Origin: Acidimicrobiia bacterium
GTDB lineage: Bacteria; Actinomycetota; Acidimicrobiia; Spongiisociales; ZC4RG35
NCBI GenBank assembly: GCA_025922945.1
Contig: JAICGW010000001.1
Span: forward strand, 1-60,999
Direction of reading: 5' to 3'
DNA length: 60,999 nucleotides
In this document: piece after piece, positions 34,402-42,969 of the stretch
Layout of the letters: each line of letters begins with the position of its first letter
Numbering within the stretch: position 1 is the stretch's first letter
Position numbers and translations under genes: made by a program
Notes under the pieces: generated by a model
Database searches by the model: none
The model's input: only the letters and a program-made list of their open reading frames with translations
Told to the model about the DNA's origin: nothing

Positions 34402-36114
34402 ATGGCGTATCAGGCCCTCTATCGAAAGTATCGACCCCAGTCGTGGGAGGATGTGGTCGGCCAAAGCCATGTGACCTCGACCCTGGCCCGCGAGATCACC
34501 GAGGGTCGGGTGGCGCACGCCTACCTATTTGCCGGGCCTCGAGGCACCGGCAAGACCACCACCGCTCGGATTCTCGCTAAGGCGCTCAATTGCGAGCATC
34601 GCCTGGCCGATGGCTCGCCCGATAACGACTGTCTCTCCTGCGAGGGCATCACCGAGGGCTCCTCTCTCGACGTAATGGAACTCGACGCCGCCTCGCACAA
34701 CTCGGTCGAAGACATCCGCGATATGCGCCTGTCGGTGTCGACGGTCGCCTCGGGTCCCAACTCACGCCGCGTGTACATCCTCGACGAGGCCCACATGTTG
34801 TCGAAGGCGGCCGGCAACGCTCTCTTGAAAACCCTCGAAGAACCGCCGCCTCACGTGATCTTCGTTCTCGCCACCACCGAGCCCTACAAGCTCGCCGACA
34901 CGATCCGCAGCCGCACTCAGCGCTTCGATTTCCATCCCGTGGGCACCGAAGCTCTCGCCGCTCACCTGGGGAGAATTGCCGACCTCGAGGGGTACAAGAC
35001 CAACCCCAAGGCCTTGGTGGCGTTGGCCCGTCATGCCGGAGGCTCGGCTCGGGACGCCCTCTCATTGTTGGAACAAGTGGCCGCCCTCGGCTCCGACACA
35101 GTCGATCTGGCCGGTGTCCAGCGCGCCCTCGGCATGGCCGATACCGAGGCCTACACGGCTTTGGTCGAAGCCGTCGCCAAAGCCGATGCCCGGGCCGGTC
35201 TCGAGTTGGTGGCGGAGATGTCGGCGCGGGGGATTGACCTCCGCCGGTTCGTGGGCGAAGCGATCGGATTCTTTCGGGGCGTCTTTCTTGCCCACTACGC
35301 CCCCAATCTGAGCGAAGTTGCAGACGAGCCGGCAGAAGTATTGGAAGCCTGGAAGAAGGCGGCCAAGGTGGTCGGGCCGGCGGCGGTGTTACGTGCCGTC
35401 GATCTTCTCGGCGAAGCGCTGATCAAGCTCCGGGAGGGCCGCGAGGAACGGCTCATGGTGGAGCTGGCGGTGATCCGCCTCACCCGTCCGGAGACATCCT
35501 CGGACCCCGATGCCCTCACCGCGCGTCTCGAGCGCCTCGAGCGCGGCTCGTCTCCGGTTTCTCCCCCCGTAGCGGGGAGTGCCGGCGAAGCCGGGAGGGG
35601 GGAATCGCCCCTTCCCCCTCCGTCGCCTGCGGCGACACCTCCCCCAACGCTCGCTCCGCTCGCTGGGGGAGGAAACAGCTCGCTTCACTCGCCGGGGGAA
35701 GAAACGGGGAGGTTGACTATGGAGGCGGTCCAGAAGATCTGGCCGTCCCTTTTTGGGAGCCTGCGCCAGCTTCTGGGGCCTCGCCGTTGGGCTCTCTTCC
35801 GCGAGGCGGCTCCCGGCGACATCGAGGAAGGACGGCGCCTGATCCTCGACGTCTCCCAGGACTTTCACCTCGAGGGATTGCGGACCGATCCGGTGGTCAG
35901 TGCTTTGGTAGCTACCCAGGCCGCCGACCTGCTGGGCTTTCCGATCGAAGTCGGTTTTCGCAAGACCGGGGCCTCACCTGAGAGCGAGGAAGCCACAGTC
36001 GATGAAAGCGTGCTCGACAAAGACCGCCTATTCGAGGCGCCGCCTGAGGCGATCGACCCCACTGCCCTGCTTGAAAAGGAGCTGGGAGCAACGCTCGTGA
36101 TCGAAGACGACTAG
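34402..36114 (+). CDS. dnaX: DNA polymerase III subunit gamma/tau
   Basis: YRKYRPQSW, GPRGTGKTTTARI, Cys-rich zinc module. Conserved dnaX-ybaB-recR order. Confidence 0.95.
   Translation: MAYQALYRKYRPQSWEDVVGQSHVTSTLAREITEGRVAHAYLFAGPRGTGKTTTARILAKALNCEHRLADGSPDNDCLSCEGITEGSSLDVMELDAASHNSVEDIRDMRLSVSTVASGPNSRRVYILDEAHMLSKAAGNALLKTLEEPPPHVIFVLATTEPYKLADTIRSRTQRFDFHPVGTEALAAHLGRIADLEGYKTNPKALVALARHAGGSARDALSLLEQVAALGSDTVDLAGVQRALGMADTEAYTALVEAVAKADARAGLELVAEMSARGIDLRRFVGEAIGFFRGVFLAHYAPNLSEVADEPAEVLEAWKKAAKVVGPAAVLRAVDLLGEALIKLREGREERLMVELAVIRLTRPETSSDPDALTARLERLERGSSPVSPPVAGSAGEAGRGESPLPPPSPAATPPPTLAPLAGGGNSSLHSPGEETGRLTMEAVQKIWPSLFGSLRQLLGPRRWALFREAAPGDIEEGRRLILDVSQDFHLEGLRTDPVVSALVATQAADLLGFPIEVGFRKTGASPESEEATVDESVLDKDRLFEAPPEAIDPTALLEKELGATLVIEDD
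35557..35712. repeat. GC-rich hairpin/TIR repeat family, locus B, in frame inside dnaX
   Basis: GTTTCTCCCCCC...GGGGGAGGAAAC (35557-35676, 120 nt) plus a partial extra module to about 35705. Contains two G-run/mini-hairpin modules in opposite orientation. Confidence 0.6.
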
Positions 36115-36138
36115 AGGGTTTGGGTACCCTCGCTAGAC

Positions 36139-36465
36139 ATGACCACCAACGACGGCCCGAACCTCGACCTCGGCTCGATGCTCCGCCAAGCCCAGAAGAT
36201 GTCCGAAGAGCTGGCCTCACGACAGGCGGAGCTGGCGAGTCGCCGCTACGAGGGCAGCGCCGGTGGAGGAATGGTCAAGACCACCATCATCGGAGGCAAA
36301 GTCGCTGCGATCGCGATCGACCCCTCCGTAACCGACGACGTCGAGATGCTCGCCGATCTCATCACCGTGGCGGTCAACAGCGCCCTCGATGCGGCCGCCG
36401 CCGACAACGAAAAGGAAATGGGCGAACTAACCGGTGGCCTCGACCTCGGTGGCCTCCTGGGCTGA
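36139..36465 (+). CDS. YbaB/EbfC nucleoid-associated protein
   Basis: 108 aa. QAQKMSEELASRQAEL...GGGMVKTTI pattern; position between dnaX and recR. Confidence 0.9.
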   Translation: MTTNDGPNLDLGSMLRQAQKMSEELASRQAELASRRYEGSAGGGMVKTTIIGGKVAAIAIDPSVTDDVEMLADLITVAVNSALDAAAADNEKEMGELTGGLDLGGLLG

Positions 36466-36467
36466 GA

Positions 36468-37061
36468 ATGTTCGAAGGCCCGCTCCAACGCCTGATCGAT
36501 GAGCTAGCGCGCCTTCCCGGTGTAGGGAGGAAGAGCGCACAACGAATGGCCTTCCACCTGCTGGGCGTCGAGCGCGAGGACGCCCTCAGGCTTTCGTCCG
36601 CCATCGTCGACATGCGTGACCAGCTCCGTATCTGCAGCCGTTGCTACAACGTCACGGCGAGCGAGGAATGCACGATCTGTCGTGATTCCAAGCGCGATCA
36701 GACGGTGGTTTGCGTGGTCGAGCGGGCACAGGACATCGCCGTGATCGAACGGACCCAGGAGTTCCGCGGCCGTTACCACGTGCTGGGTGGAGCCATCTCC
36801 CCCATTGGAGGCATCGGTCCCAGCCAGCTTCGTATCGCAGAGCTAGGCAAGCGAATCGAAGACGAAGGGATCATGGAGCTGATCCTCGCCACCAATCCCA
36901 CGGTCGAAGGCGACGTCACCGCCATGTACATCGCCCGCGAGATGAAACCGAGAGGGGTGCGGGTTACGCGCCTGGCGATGGGCTTACCGGTGGGGGGTGA
37001 CCTCGACTATGCCGATGAGTTGACTCTGGGCCGCGCTCTCGCCGGTCGGTCCGAGCTCTAG
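36468..37061 (+). CDS. recR: recombination protein RecR
   Basis: LIDELARLPGVGRKSAQRMAFHLL HhH, CxxC...CxxC zinc finger, Toprim VVCVVE. Confidence 0.95.
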   Translation: MFEGPLQRLIDELARLPGVGRKSAQRMAFHLLGVEREDALRLSSAIVDMRDQLRICSRCYNVTASEECTICRDSKRDQTVVCVVERAQDIAVIERTQEFRGRYHVLGGAISPIGGIGPSQLRIAELGKRIEDEGIMELILATNPTVEGDVTAMYIAREMKPRGVRVTRLAMGLPVGGDLDYADELTLGRALAGRSEL

Positions 37062-38419
37062 GCCACCACCACCGTTTTCTGGTTGACGAACTCTTTGATC
37101 CCGAGAACCGATAACTCGCGCCCGTAGCCCGACGCCTTCACCCCTCCAAAGGGCAAACGCGGATCCGATGCCACCAGGGCGTTGACGAAGCAACAGCCCG
37201 CTTCGAGGCGGGTGGCGGCCAGGTGTTCGGCTCGTTCGACATCGCTTGAGAAGACGGCCGCGCCCAGCCCGAAGGAGGTGTCGTTGGCGACCCTCACCGC
37301 CTCATCCTCCGACTCGACTGCGATTACTGCCGCCACCGGTCCGAAGAGCTCCTCTGAGTAGGCAGCCATTCCCTCTTTGACTCCGGCCAGGACCGAAGCG
37401 GGATAAAACGCGCCTGGCCCCTCCGGCACCTCCGCCCCCAGAAGCGGGATGGCCCCTGCCTCGACCGTACGGGTCACCTGCTGGTGGAGCTCGTCGCGCA
37501 GGTCACGGCGGGCGAGCGGTCCGAGACGGGTTTCCTCCTCAAGCGGGTCGCCCAACTCATAGGCCGCCATCTCCTTGGTAAAAGCCGCAGTGAAGGGCTC
37601 GAGCACATCGTCGACGACGATGAAGCGTTTGGCGGCGATGCAGCTCTGGCCGTTGTTGATGGTGCGACTCTGGGCACAGATCGAGGCGGCCTTCTCGAGA
37701 TCGGCATCGGCCAGGATGAGGTAGGGATCGCTACCCCCGAGCTCGAGGACCGTTTTCTTGAGCAATGATCCGGCCTTGGCGGCGACGGCCCGTCCGGCAG
37801 GCTCGCTCCCCGTGAGCGTGGCCGCCACGATGCGAGGATCCTCGAGCACCCTCCCGACCCTTTCGGAGCCAATGAGCAGCGTCGAAAAGAGTCCGGACGG
37901 AAACCCCGCTTCGTCGAGGATCTCGTCGATCTGGAGTGCGCAACCCGACACGTTGGAGGCGTGCTTGAGCACACCTGCGTTCCCCGCCATCAAGGCAGGG
38001 GCGATGAAGCGGAAGACCTGCCAGAAGGGAAAATTCCACGGCATGACCGCCAGGACGACGCCGAGCGGTTCATGATGGATATAGCTCTTCGAGCGTTCGG
38101 TACCGACGGGCTGGTCGGCGAGCATCGCTTCTGCTTCGTCTGAGTAGTAGCGACAAACCCAGGCGCATTTTTCGGCCTCGGCTCTTCCCGCCGCCACTGG
38201 CTTTCCCATTTCGATGGCCATCAGACGGGCGAGCTCTTCCTTGCGCTTCTCGAGGATCTCGCCCGCTCTTGACATCGCCTCGGCTCGCTCGGAGAAAGAG
38301 GTTTGCCGCCACTGGCGGAAGGCCCGATGGGCCGCTTCGAGGCGGCGATCCACCTCGCCGTCGTCGTGTTCGGGATATTCGGCGACCACCTCGCCGTTGG
38401 TGGGATTGATCGACTTCAT
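37058..38419 (-). CDS. NAD(P)-dependent succinate-semialdehyde dehydrogenase-like aldehyde dehydrogenase
   Basis: MKSINPTNGE opening, ELGGSDP, catalytic NGQSCIAAKR. Start at ATG 38419. Confidence 0.85.
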   Translation of the reverse strand: MKSINPTNGEVVAEYPEHDDGEVDRRLEAAHRAFRQWRQTSFSERAEAMSRAGEILEKRKEELARLMAIEMGKPVAAGRAEAEKCAWVCRYYSDEAEAMLADQPVGTERSKSYIHHEPLGVVLAVMPWNFPFWQVFRFIAPALMAGNAGVLKHASNVSGCALQIDEILDEAGFPSGLFSTLLIGSERVGRVLEDPRIVAATLTGSEPAGRAVAAKAGSLLKKTVLELGGSDPYLILADADLEKAASICAQSRTINNGQSCIAAKRFIVVDDVLEPFTAAFTKEMAAYELGDPLEEETRLGPLARRDLRDELHQQVTRTVEAGAIPLLGAEVPEGPGAFYPASVLAGVKEGMAAYSEELFGPVAAVIAVESEDEAVRVANDTSFGLGAAVFSSDVERAEHLAATRLEAGCCFVNALVASDPRLPFGGVKASGYGRELSVLGIKEFVNQKTVVVA

Positions 38420-38429
38420 GGGCGCAAAC

Positions 38430-39077
38430 CTAGTTGCCGAGGGCGAGTTCGACCGCGGCCCGAAGGGAGGAGACGACCGGCGCCCCGGTGGATTCGAGGT
38501 CGACTCGATGATGCGAGCCACCGTCGTAGAGGATGGGACGAGCGCCGACGTGCTGGGCGGCGGTGGCATCGTCGGGGGTGTCGCCAATCACCACCACACG
38601 TCGCGGGTCCTCGCCGGCCGTCAGCAGTCGGAGGTGCCGTTCGAGGTATTGCGCTTTCAGGTCTCCCGGGCTTCCCTCAGCGAGGCCGTCGATCCGGTCG
38701 AAATAAGCCTCGATTCCGAGCTTCTTGACCAGTGGGACCAGGTCGGGGTGAGGAAACATTGAGAGGAGCGATTGCGTGTTTCCCAAAAGCGCGGCCCGAT
38801 CGAGGGCTTCGCGGGCATCCTGGGTGAGGCGCGCCTTCACCAGTGCCCGGCGGTAGGCGTCGTGGAAGACGCGATCGATCTCGGTCCATTCATCTCCGCT
38901 GAGCTCGCGGTCGAGGAGTTTGTCGTAGAAGTGCTTGACCGGCCGCGTGTAGTGCGATCGGTAGTCGTCGAGATCGATCGGCGCTGCTCCCACCGTCGCC
39001 AGGCCCTCGTTGACGGAAGCAACCACCACGTGGAGGTCGTCGAAAAGCGTCCCATTCCAGTCCCAAACGATGTGCAC
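38430..39077 (-). CDS. HAD-family hydrolase
   Basis: VWDWNGTLFDD motif I variant and IGDTPDD motif IV. GTG start. Confidence 0.7.
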   Translation of the reverse strand: MHIVWDWNGTLFDDLHVVVASVNEGLATVGAAPIDLDDYRSHYTRPVKHFYDKLLDRELSGDEWTEIDRVFHDAYRRALVKARLTQDAREALDRAALLGNTQSLLSMFPHPDLVPLVKKLGIEAYFDRIDGLAEGSPGDLKAQYLERHLRLLTAGEDPRRVVVIGDTPDDATAAQHVGARPILYDGGSHHRVDLESTGAPVVSSLRAAVELALGN

Positions 39078-39083
39078 CTTCCG

Positions 39084-39191
39084 GTTTCTCCCCCCTAACA
39101 GGGAGGAGGGCCGGGACCCCCCTCGGCCCTTCGGGCCACTCCCCCCAAGACTCGCTTCGCTCGCCGGAGGGAGAAACAGCCGGGAGGAGGG
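39084..39191. repeat. GC-rich hairpin/TIR repeat family, locus C (intergenic)
   Basis: GTTTCTCCCCCC (39084) and its reverse complement GGAGGGAGAAAC (39165-39176) flank a GGCCC-TTC-GGGCC mini-hairpin set between C-runs. Confidence 0.65.
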
Positions 39192-39207
39192 TGCGGACGC
39201 GAAGCTT

Positions 39208-39720
39208 TCAGTAGCTGTTCCAGTGAACGAATTCGTTAAGAGGCTTGCGCCCGCTCATCTGTGAGCGTCGGATCTCCGCCGCCGGATAGCCCAATGCCAC
39301 GCCATATCGACAGACTTTCCCGTCGGGAATCCCCAGCACCCGGGCGGCCTCCTCGTGGCGGTGGAAGGTCACCGGACAGGTAGCGACGCCGATCGCTTTG
39401 GCCGCCAGCATCACGTTCTGGGCAAGTCGACCGATGTCGAATTCGTACCCGGCTCCCTCCTGAATCAGGGCGATGGCCATCGGTGCTCGGCGGAGAGGAT
39501 CGGTGAAGTCGCCGGTTTCTGCCAATCGCTCTTTCTGGTCGGGATCGGTAACGACAATCACAGACCAGCTCTGCCGGTTCTTGGACGATCCCGTCCATCT
39601 TCCCGCCTCGAGGATGGCGTGGAGGTCGGGATCGGAAAGCGGACGGTTATCAAAGTCGCGCACCGCCCGCAGCCGGAGAACGTTGCGATAGGTTTCGGGA
39701 AGGTTCTTTGGTCCTGGCAT
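39208..39720 (-). CDS. nitroreductase family protein
   Basis: RAVRDF...ILEAGRWTGSSKNRQSW...NVMLAAKAIGV pattern. Start at ATG 39720. Confidence 0.75.
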   Translation of the reverse strand: MPGPKNLPETYRNVLRLRAVRDFDNRPLSDPDLHAILEAGRWTGSSKNRQSWSVIVVTDPDQKERLAETGDFTDPLRRAPMAIALIQEGAGYEFDIGRLAQNVMLAAKAIGVATCPVTFHRHEEAARVLGIPDGKVCRYGVALGYPAAEIRRSQMSGRKPLNEFVHWNSY

Positions 39721-39721
39721 C

Positions 39722-40711
39722 TCAGTCAAGGCTCGGGGCAGCGATCTCTCGCAACCTGCCCAGGTTGTGGTGGGCGTCCATGTACCGGATCGAGCCGGTT
39801 TTGGAACGCATGATGACCGAGTGCGTGGTGACTCGAGCTCCCGAAAAGTCGACTCCCCGTAGATAGTCACCACCCGTCACCCCGGTGGCAGCGAAGAACA
39901 CGTTCTTCGACCCGACGAGGTCATCAGTCGTGAGGATCTGCTCGAGGTCGAGGGCGTGCTCTTTGGCGAAGGCACGCTCGCGGTCGTCACGAGGCCACAG
40001 CCGGCATTGCATCTCTCCCCCCATGCATTTCAACGCCGCCGCCGCCAGCACGGCTTCGGGGGAACCGCCGATCCCCATGAGAAGGTCGATGCTGGTATCG
40101 GGCCTGGCTGTGGCGATGGCGGCGGCGACGTCGCCGTCACGGATCATTCGGATCCGCGCCCCTTCGGTTCGGATCGCATCGATGTACTCGGCATTACGCG
40201 GACGATCGAGCAAGACCACCGTCAGATCGGAGACGTCCTTTTCCTTCGCCTTGGCGATCTTGCGGAGGGTGTCGGCGGCAGGTGCATCGAGGTCCACTTG
40301 GCCGGCGGCTTCCGGGCCTACTGCCAGCTTGTCCATGTAGACCAAATCGCCCGGCGAGTACATCAACCCGGCGCCCTCAGCTACGGCAATCACCGACAGC
40401 GCCCCCGGTTCGCCCTTGGAGGTGAGCGTGGTTCCATCGACGGGATCCACCGCCACCTCGACCTTCATCCCCCGGCCGGTCCCGACCCTTTCGCCGTTGA
40501 AGAGCATTGGGGCCTCGTCCTTCTTCCCTTCTCCGATGACGACCACGCCGTCGATGTCGAGGGTGGCGAGATGGGCCCGCATCCCGTCGACTGCCGCCTG
40601 ATCGGCCTGCTCCTTGTCGCCCCGGCCCATCCAGCGGGCGGCGGCCATGGCCGCGGTCTCGGTGACCCGGACCAGGTCGAGACCCAGGTTGCGCTCGATC
40701 GGTTCTGCCAT
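39722..40711 (-). CDS. glpX: class II fructose-1,6-bisphosphatase
   Basis: LDLVRVTETAAMAAARWMGRGDKEQADQAAVDGMR and full-length GlpX pattern. Confidence 0.9.
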   Translation of the reverse strand: MAEPIERNLGLDLVRVTETAAMAAARWMGRGDKEQADQAAVDGMRAHLATLDIDGVVVIGEGKKDEAPMLFNGERVGTGRGMKVEVAVDPVDGTTLTSKGEPGALSVIAVAEGAGLMYSPGDLVYMDKLAVGPEAAGQVDLDAPAADTLRKIAKAKEKDVSDLTVVLLDRPRNAEYIDAIRTEGARIRMIRDGDVAAAIATARPDTSIDLLMGIGGSPEAVLAAAALKCMGGEMQCRLWPRDDRERAFAKEHALDLEQILTTDDLVGSKNVFFAATGVTGGDYLRGVDFSGARVTTHSVIMRSKTGSIRYMDAHHNLGRLREIAAPSLD

Positions 40712-40734
40712 ATCGCAAGCGTAGAAAGCGACCG

Positions 40735-41169
40735 ATGGGCTCGCTACGCCAGAATGAGGGCGTGCTCGCCTACAACCTCGACCACGTCGGCATCGCGGTG
40801 CGCGACCTCGAAGCCGCCCTCGAGGCCTATCGCCATCGTTACGGAATCGAACCCAGCCACCGCGAGGTGGTCGAAAGCCAGGGGGTCGAGGAAGCCCTTC
40901 TCCCGTTGGGCGGCTCCTTCATCCAACTGCTCCTTCCCTTGACCCCCGAGTCACCGGTAGGGAGGTTCCTCGAACAGCGAGGAGAGGGTTTGCATCATGT
41001 TGCCTACGCCGTGCTCGACCTCGAGGAATCGCTCGCCCATCTGCGCCAAGCCGGTGCCCGTTTGATCGATGAAGTTCCCCGCTTCGGAGGCCGGGGAGCG
41101 CGAATCGCCTTCGTCCACCCCGCCGACCTCGCCGGTACCCTGATTGAGCTTGTGGAGCCAGCGTCGTGA
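40735..41169 (+). CDS. methylmalonyl-CoA epimerase (VOC family)
   Basis: LDHVGIAVRDLEAAL...LHHVAYAV...IAFVHP pattern; 144 aa. Confidence 0.8.
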   Translation: MGSLRQNEGVLAYNLDHVGIAVRDLEAALEAYRHRYGIEPSHREVVESQGVEEALLPLGGSFIQLLLPLTPESPVGRFLEQRGEGLHHVAYAVLDLEESLAHLRQAGARLIDEVPRFGGRGARIAFVHPADLAGTLIELVEPAS

Positions 41170-41384
41170 CTTCGGTTGACATCCGCGGTGGTGCCGATGA
41201 GTACGAGGCGGCCGTGATTGCTGCTGTTTTTCTCCGACTTCTTGAGGAGAGGGCTGCTGCCCGCGCCAACCTTCCGCCCCGCCGTCGTCCCTCCGCCTGG
41301 GTCACTGCCTATCACGATCCCCATCCCGACGATCCCTATGACTTGGTCAGACCGGAGCGTCGGGGTCAGTCTCCGGCTCGTTAG
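41166..41384 (+). CDS. possible acyl-CoA carboxylase epsilon-subunit-like small protein
   Basis: 72 aa. GTGA coupling to the epimerase gene. IRGG..EYEAAVIAAVFLRLL resembles AccE openings; Pro/Arg-rich tail. Confidence 0.4.
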   Translation: MTSVDIRGGADEYEAAVIAAVFLRLLEERAAARANLPPRRRPSAWVTAYHDPHPDDPYDLVRPERRGQSPAR

Positions 41385-42969
41385 CGGTTCCCGTTTCTCC
41401 CCCCAGCGCAGCGTTGGGGGGAGTGCCGGCGGAGCCGGCGAGGGGGGTATCCCTCCACCAACCTGGTCTCGACTCCTCGAGGCGAAGCGGCCGTCCCCCC
41501 ACCGCAAAGACGGCGATCAGGACGACGAGCGATACCGCGGTCATGAAGAGGGCAGCCAGAGTGCCGGGAGCCGCGACCGCGCCGTTGAGCACACGGATCA
41601 ACCCGGCCGCCGCCAGCGCCAGGGGCAGCGTACGTCCCAGCGTGGCAGCCAACGGTCGCCAGCGATCGGGGCGGCGATAGGCCCAGATCGCGGTCAAGGC
41701 GATGGTGTAGAGCCACATCACGATCGAGCTGGCGATCGCCAAACCGGCGACGCCGCTGGCCTCGAACATCATGAGCGACAACGGAATCGCGCCCGCGGTG
41801 GCGGCGGTGCCGACCAGAACCGGAAGCCACATCCGCTGGTGGGCATAGAACCAGCGCCCGAGGATCTGGTGGATTCCCCAAGCGGGAATCGACAACGAGA
41901 ACCAGGCGAGCAGCATCGCCACCTGGGCCGAATCGCTTGCGCCAAACCGGCCCCACTCATAGACAAGCCGCACCAGCGGAGTCGCCGCCCCGAAGAAGAA
42001 GGCCAGCGCCGCCATCGAGACGAACGTTGTGCCCCGCAGGGCCCGCAGGGTGACCCGATCGGTCCTTTCTTCGGCCCTCGAGGCCACCAGGCGGGCGAGA
42101 AACGGGTAGCTGGCCACGGCCGCGGCCTGAGCGATCACGCCGACCGGGACCATGTTCAGCATCCGCCCAAGGGAAAGAGCGGCAGCCGAGCCGTCGGCAC
42201 CGAGCTGACCGAAGAGGCGGGGAAACTGTTCGTCGAGGACTGTCACCGACTGACCAATCATGAGCGGGAAGGCCAGCGTGAGATACGAGCGGACCGCCCT
42301 CGAGTTCCCGGTAGAGATCCGGAGTCCCGCCCGTCGAGCTCCGATCCATTGCAAGACGAGGGTTCCCACCACCGCCCCCACCAATGCTCCCCAGATAAAA
42401 CCGGCGGCCCGGTTGGAGTCCTGTCCGGCGCCCGCCACTCCCCCGATGATGATGCCGAGGTTGTAGATCACCGGGGCCAGGGCTGGGTACAGGAAACGTC
42501 GCTTCGAGTACTGGTAAGCCATCAACAAAGCCCCCAGGACGAAGGCCACCTGAGCGGGGAGGATGATCCGGGTCAGGTCGACCACCCGATCGAGGTCGGC
42601 TTCCCCGAGGGTCGGAAACGCCACCCGGCAGACATGATCGGCGACCAGCATCAGCACTGCAGTGAGGATGACGATGGCTGTCCCGACCCAGCGGAATACC
42701 GCCGAGAAGTCTCGGTGCAAGGCATCCTCATTGCCTTCCTCGATCCGTCGGGAGAGGATCGGAATCAAGGTGATGCTGAGGAAGCCGCCCGCTAAGAGAT
42801 AGTTGAGGAAGTCAGGAACGACGAAGGCGAAGCGGTAGAGGTCTCCCTCCTCGCTGACGCCCAGCAAGGCCGCCAGCAACGTTTCCCGCCCCAGTCCGAG
42901 GACCCGGGAGATCAGCACCGACCCCGAAACGATGAGGGCGGCGCCGCCCAAACCCAGCGGTCTTCTCAC
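41347..42969 (-). CDS. murJ: lipid II flippase MurJ
   Basis: LISRVLGLGRETLLAALLG...DLYRFAFVVPDFL opening and about 14 TM segments. GTG 42969 forms a GTGA overlap with the PHP gene stop. The 3' tail runs through repeat locus D. Confidence 0.8.
   Translation of the reverse strand: MRRPLGLGGAALIVSGSVLISRVLGLGRETLLAALLGVSEEGDLYRFAFVVPDFLNYLLAGGFLSITLIPILSRRIEEGNEDALHRDFSAVFRWVGTAIVILTAVLMLVADHVCRVAFPTLGEADLDRVVDLTRIILPAQVAFVLGALLMAYQYSKRRFLYPALAPVIYNLGIIIGGVAGAGQDSNRAAGFIWGALVGAVVGTLVLQWIGARRAGLRISTGNSRAVRSYLTLAFPLMIGQSVTVLDEQFPRLFGQLGADGSAAALSLGRMLNMVPVGVIAQAAAVASYPFLARLVASRAEERTDRVTLRALRGTTFVSMAALAFFFGAATPLVRLVYEWGRFGASDSAQVAMLLAWFSLSIPAWGIHQILGRWFYAHQRMWLPVLVGTAATAGAIPLSLMMFEASGVAGLAIASSIVMWLYTIALTAIWAYRRPDRWRPLAATLGRTLPLALAAAGLIRVLNGAVAAPGTLAALFMTAVSLVVLIAVFAVGGRPLRLEESRPGWWRDTPLAGSAGTPPNAALGGETGTANEPETDPDAPV
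41393..41447. repeat. GC-rich hairpin/TIR repeat family, locus D
   Basis: GTTTCTCCCCCC-AGCGCAGCG-TTGGGGGGAG followed by GGGGGGAGT-GCCGGC-GGA-GCCGGC-GAGGGGGG. Lies inside the 3' end of the murJ ORF. Confidence 0.6.

Noticed and set aside
34402-36114. Programmed -1 frameshift site in dnaX (A AAA AAG type)
   Set aside because: I saw no A-rich slippery heptamer in the gene; the longest A run is aaaa at about 36076. Any gamma-like product would need another mechanism.
41218-42795. 525-aa + strand ORF
   Set aside because: It is entirely antisense to murJ. The product is Arg/Gly/Asp/Pro-rich with no recognisable domain. High-GC shadow ORF.
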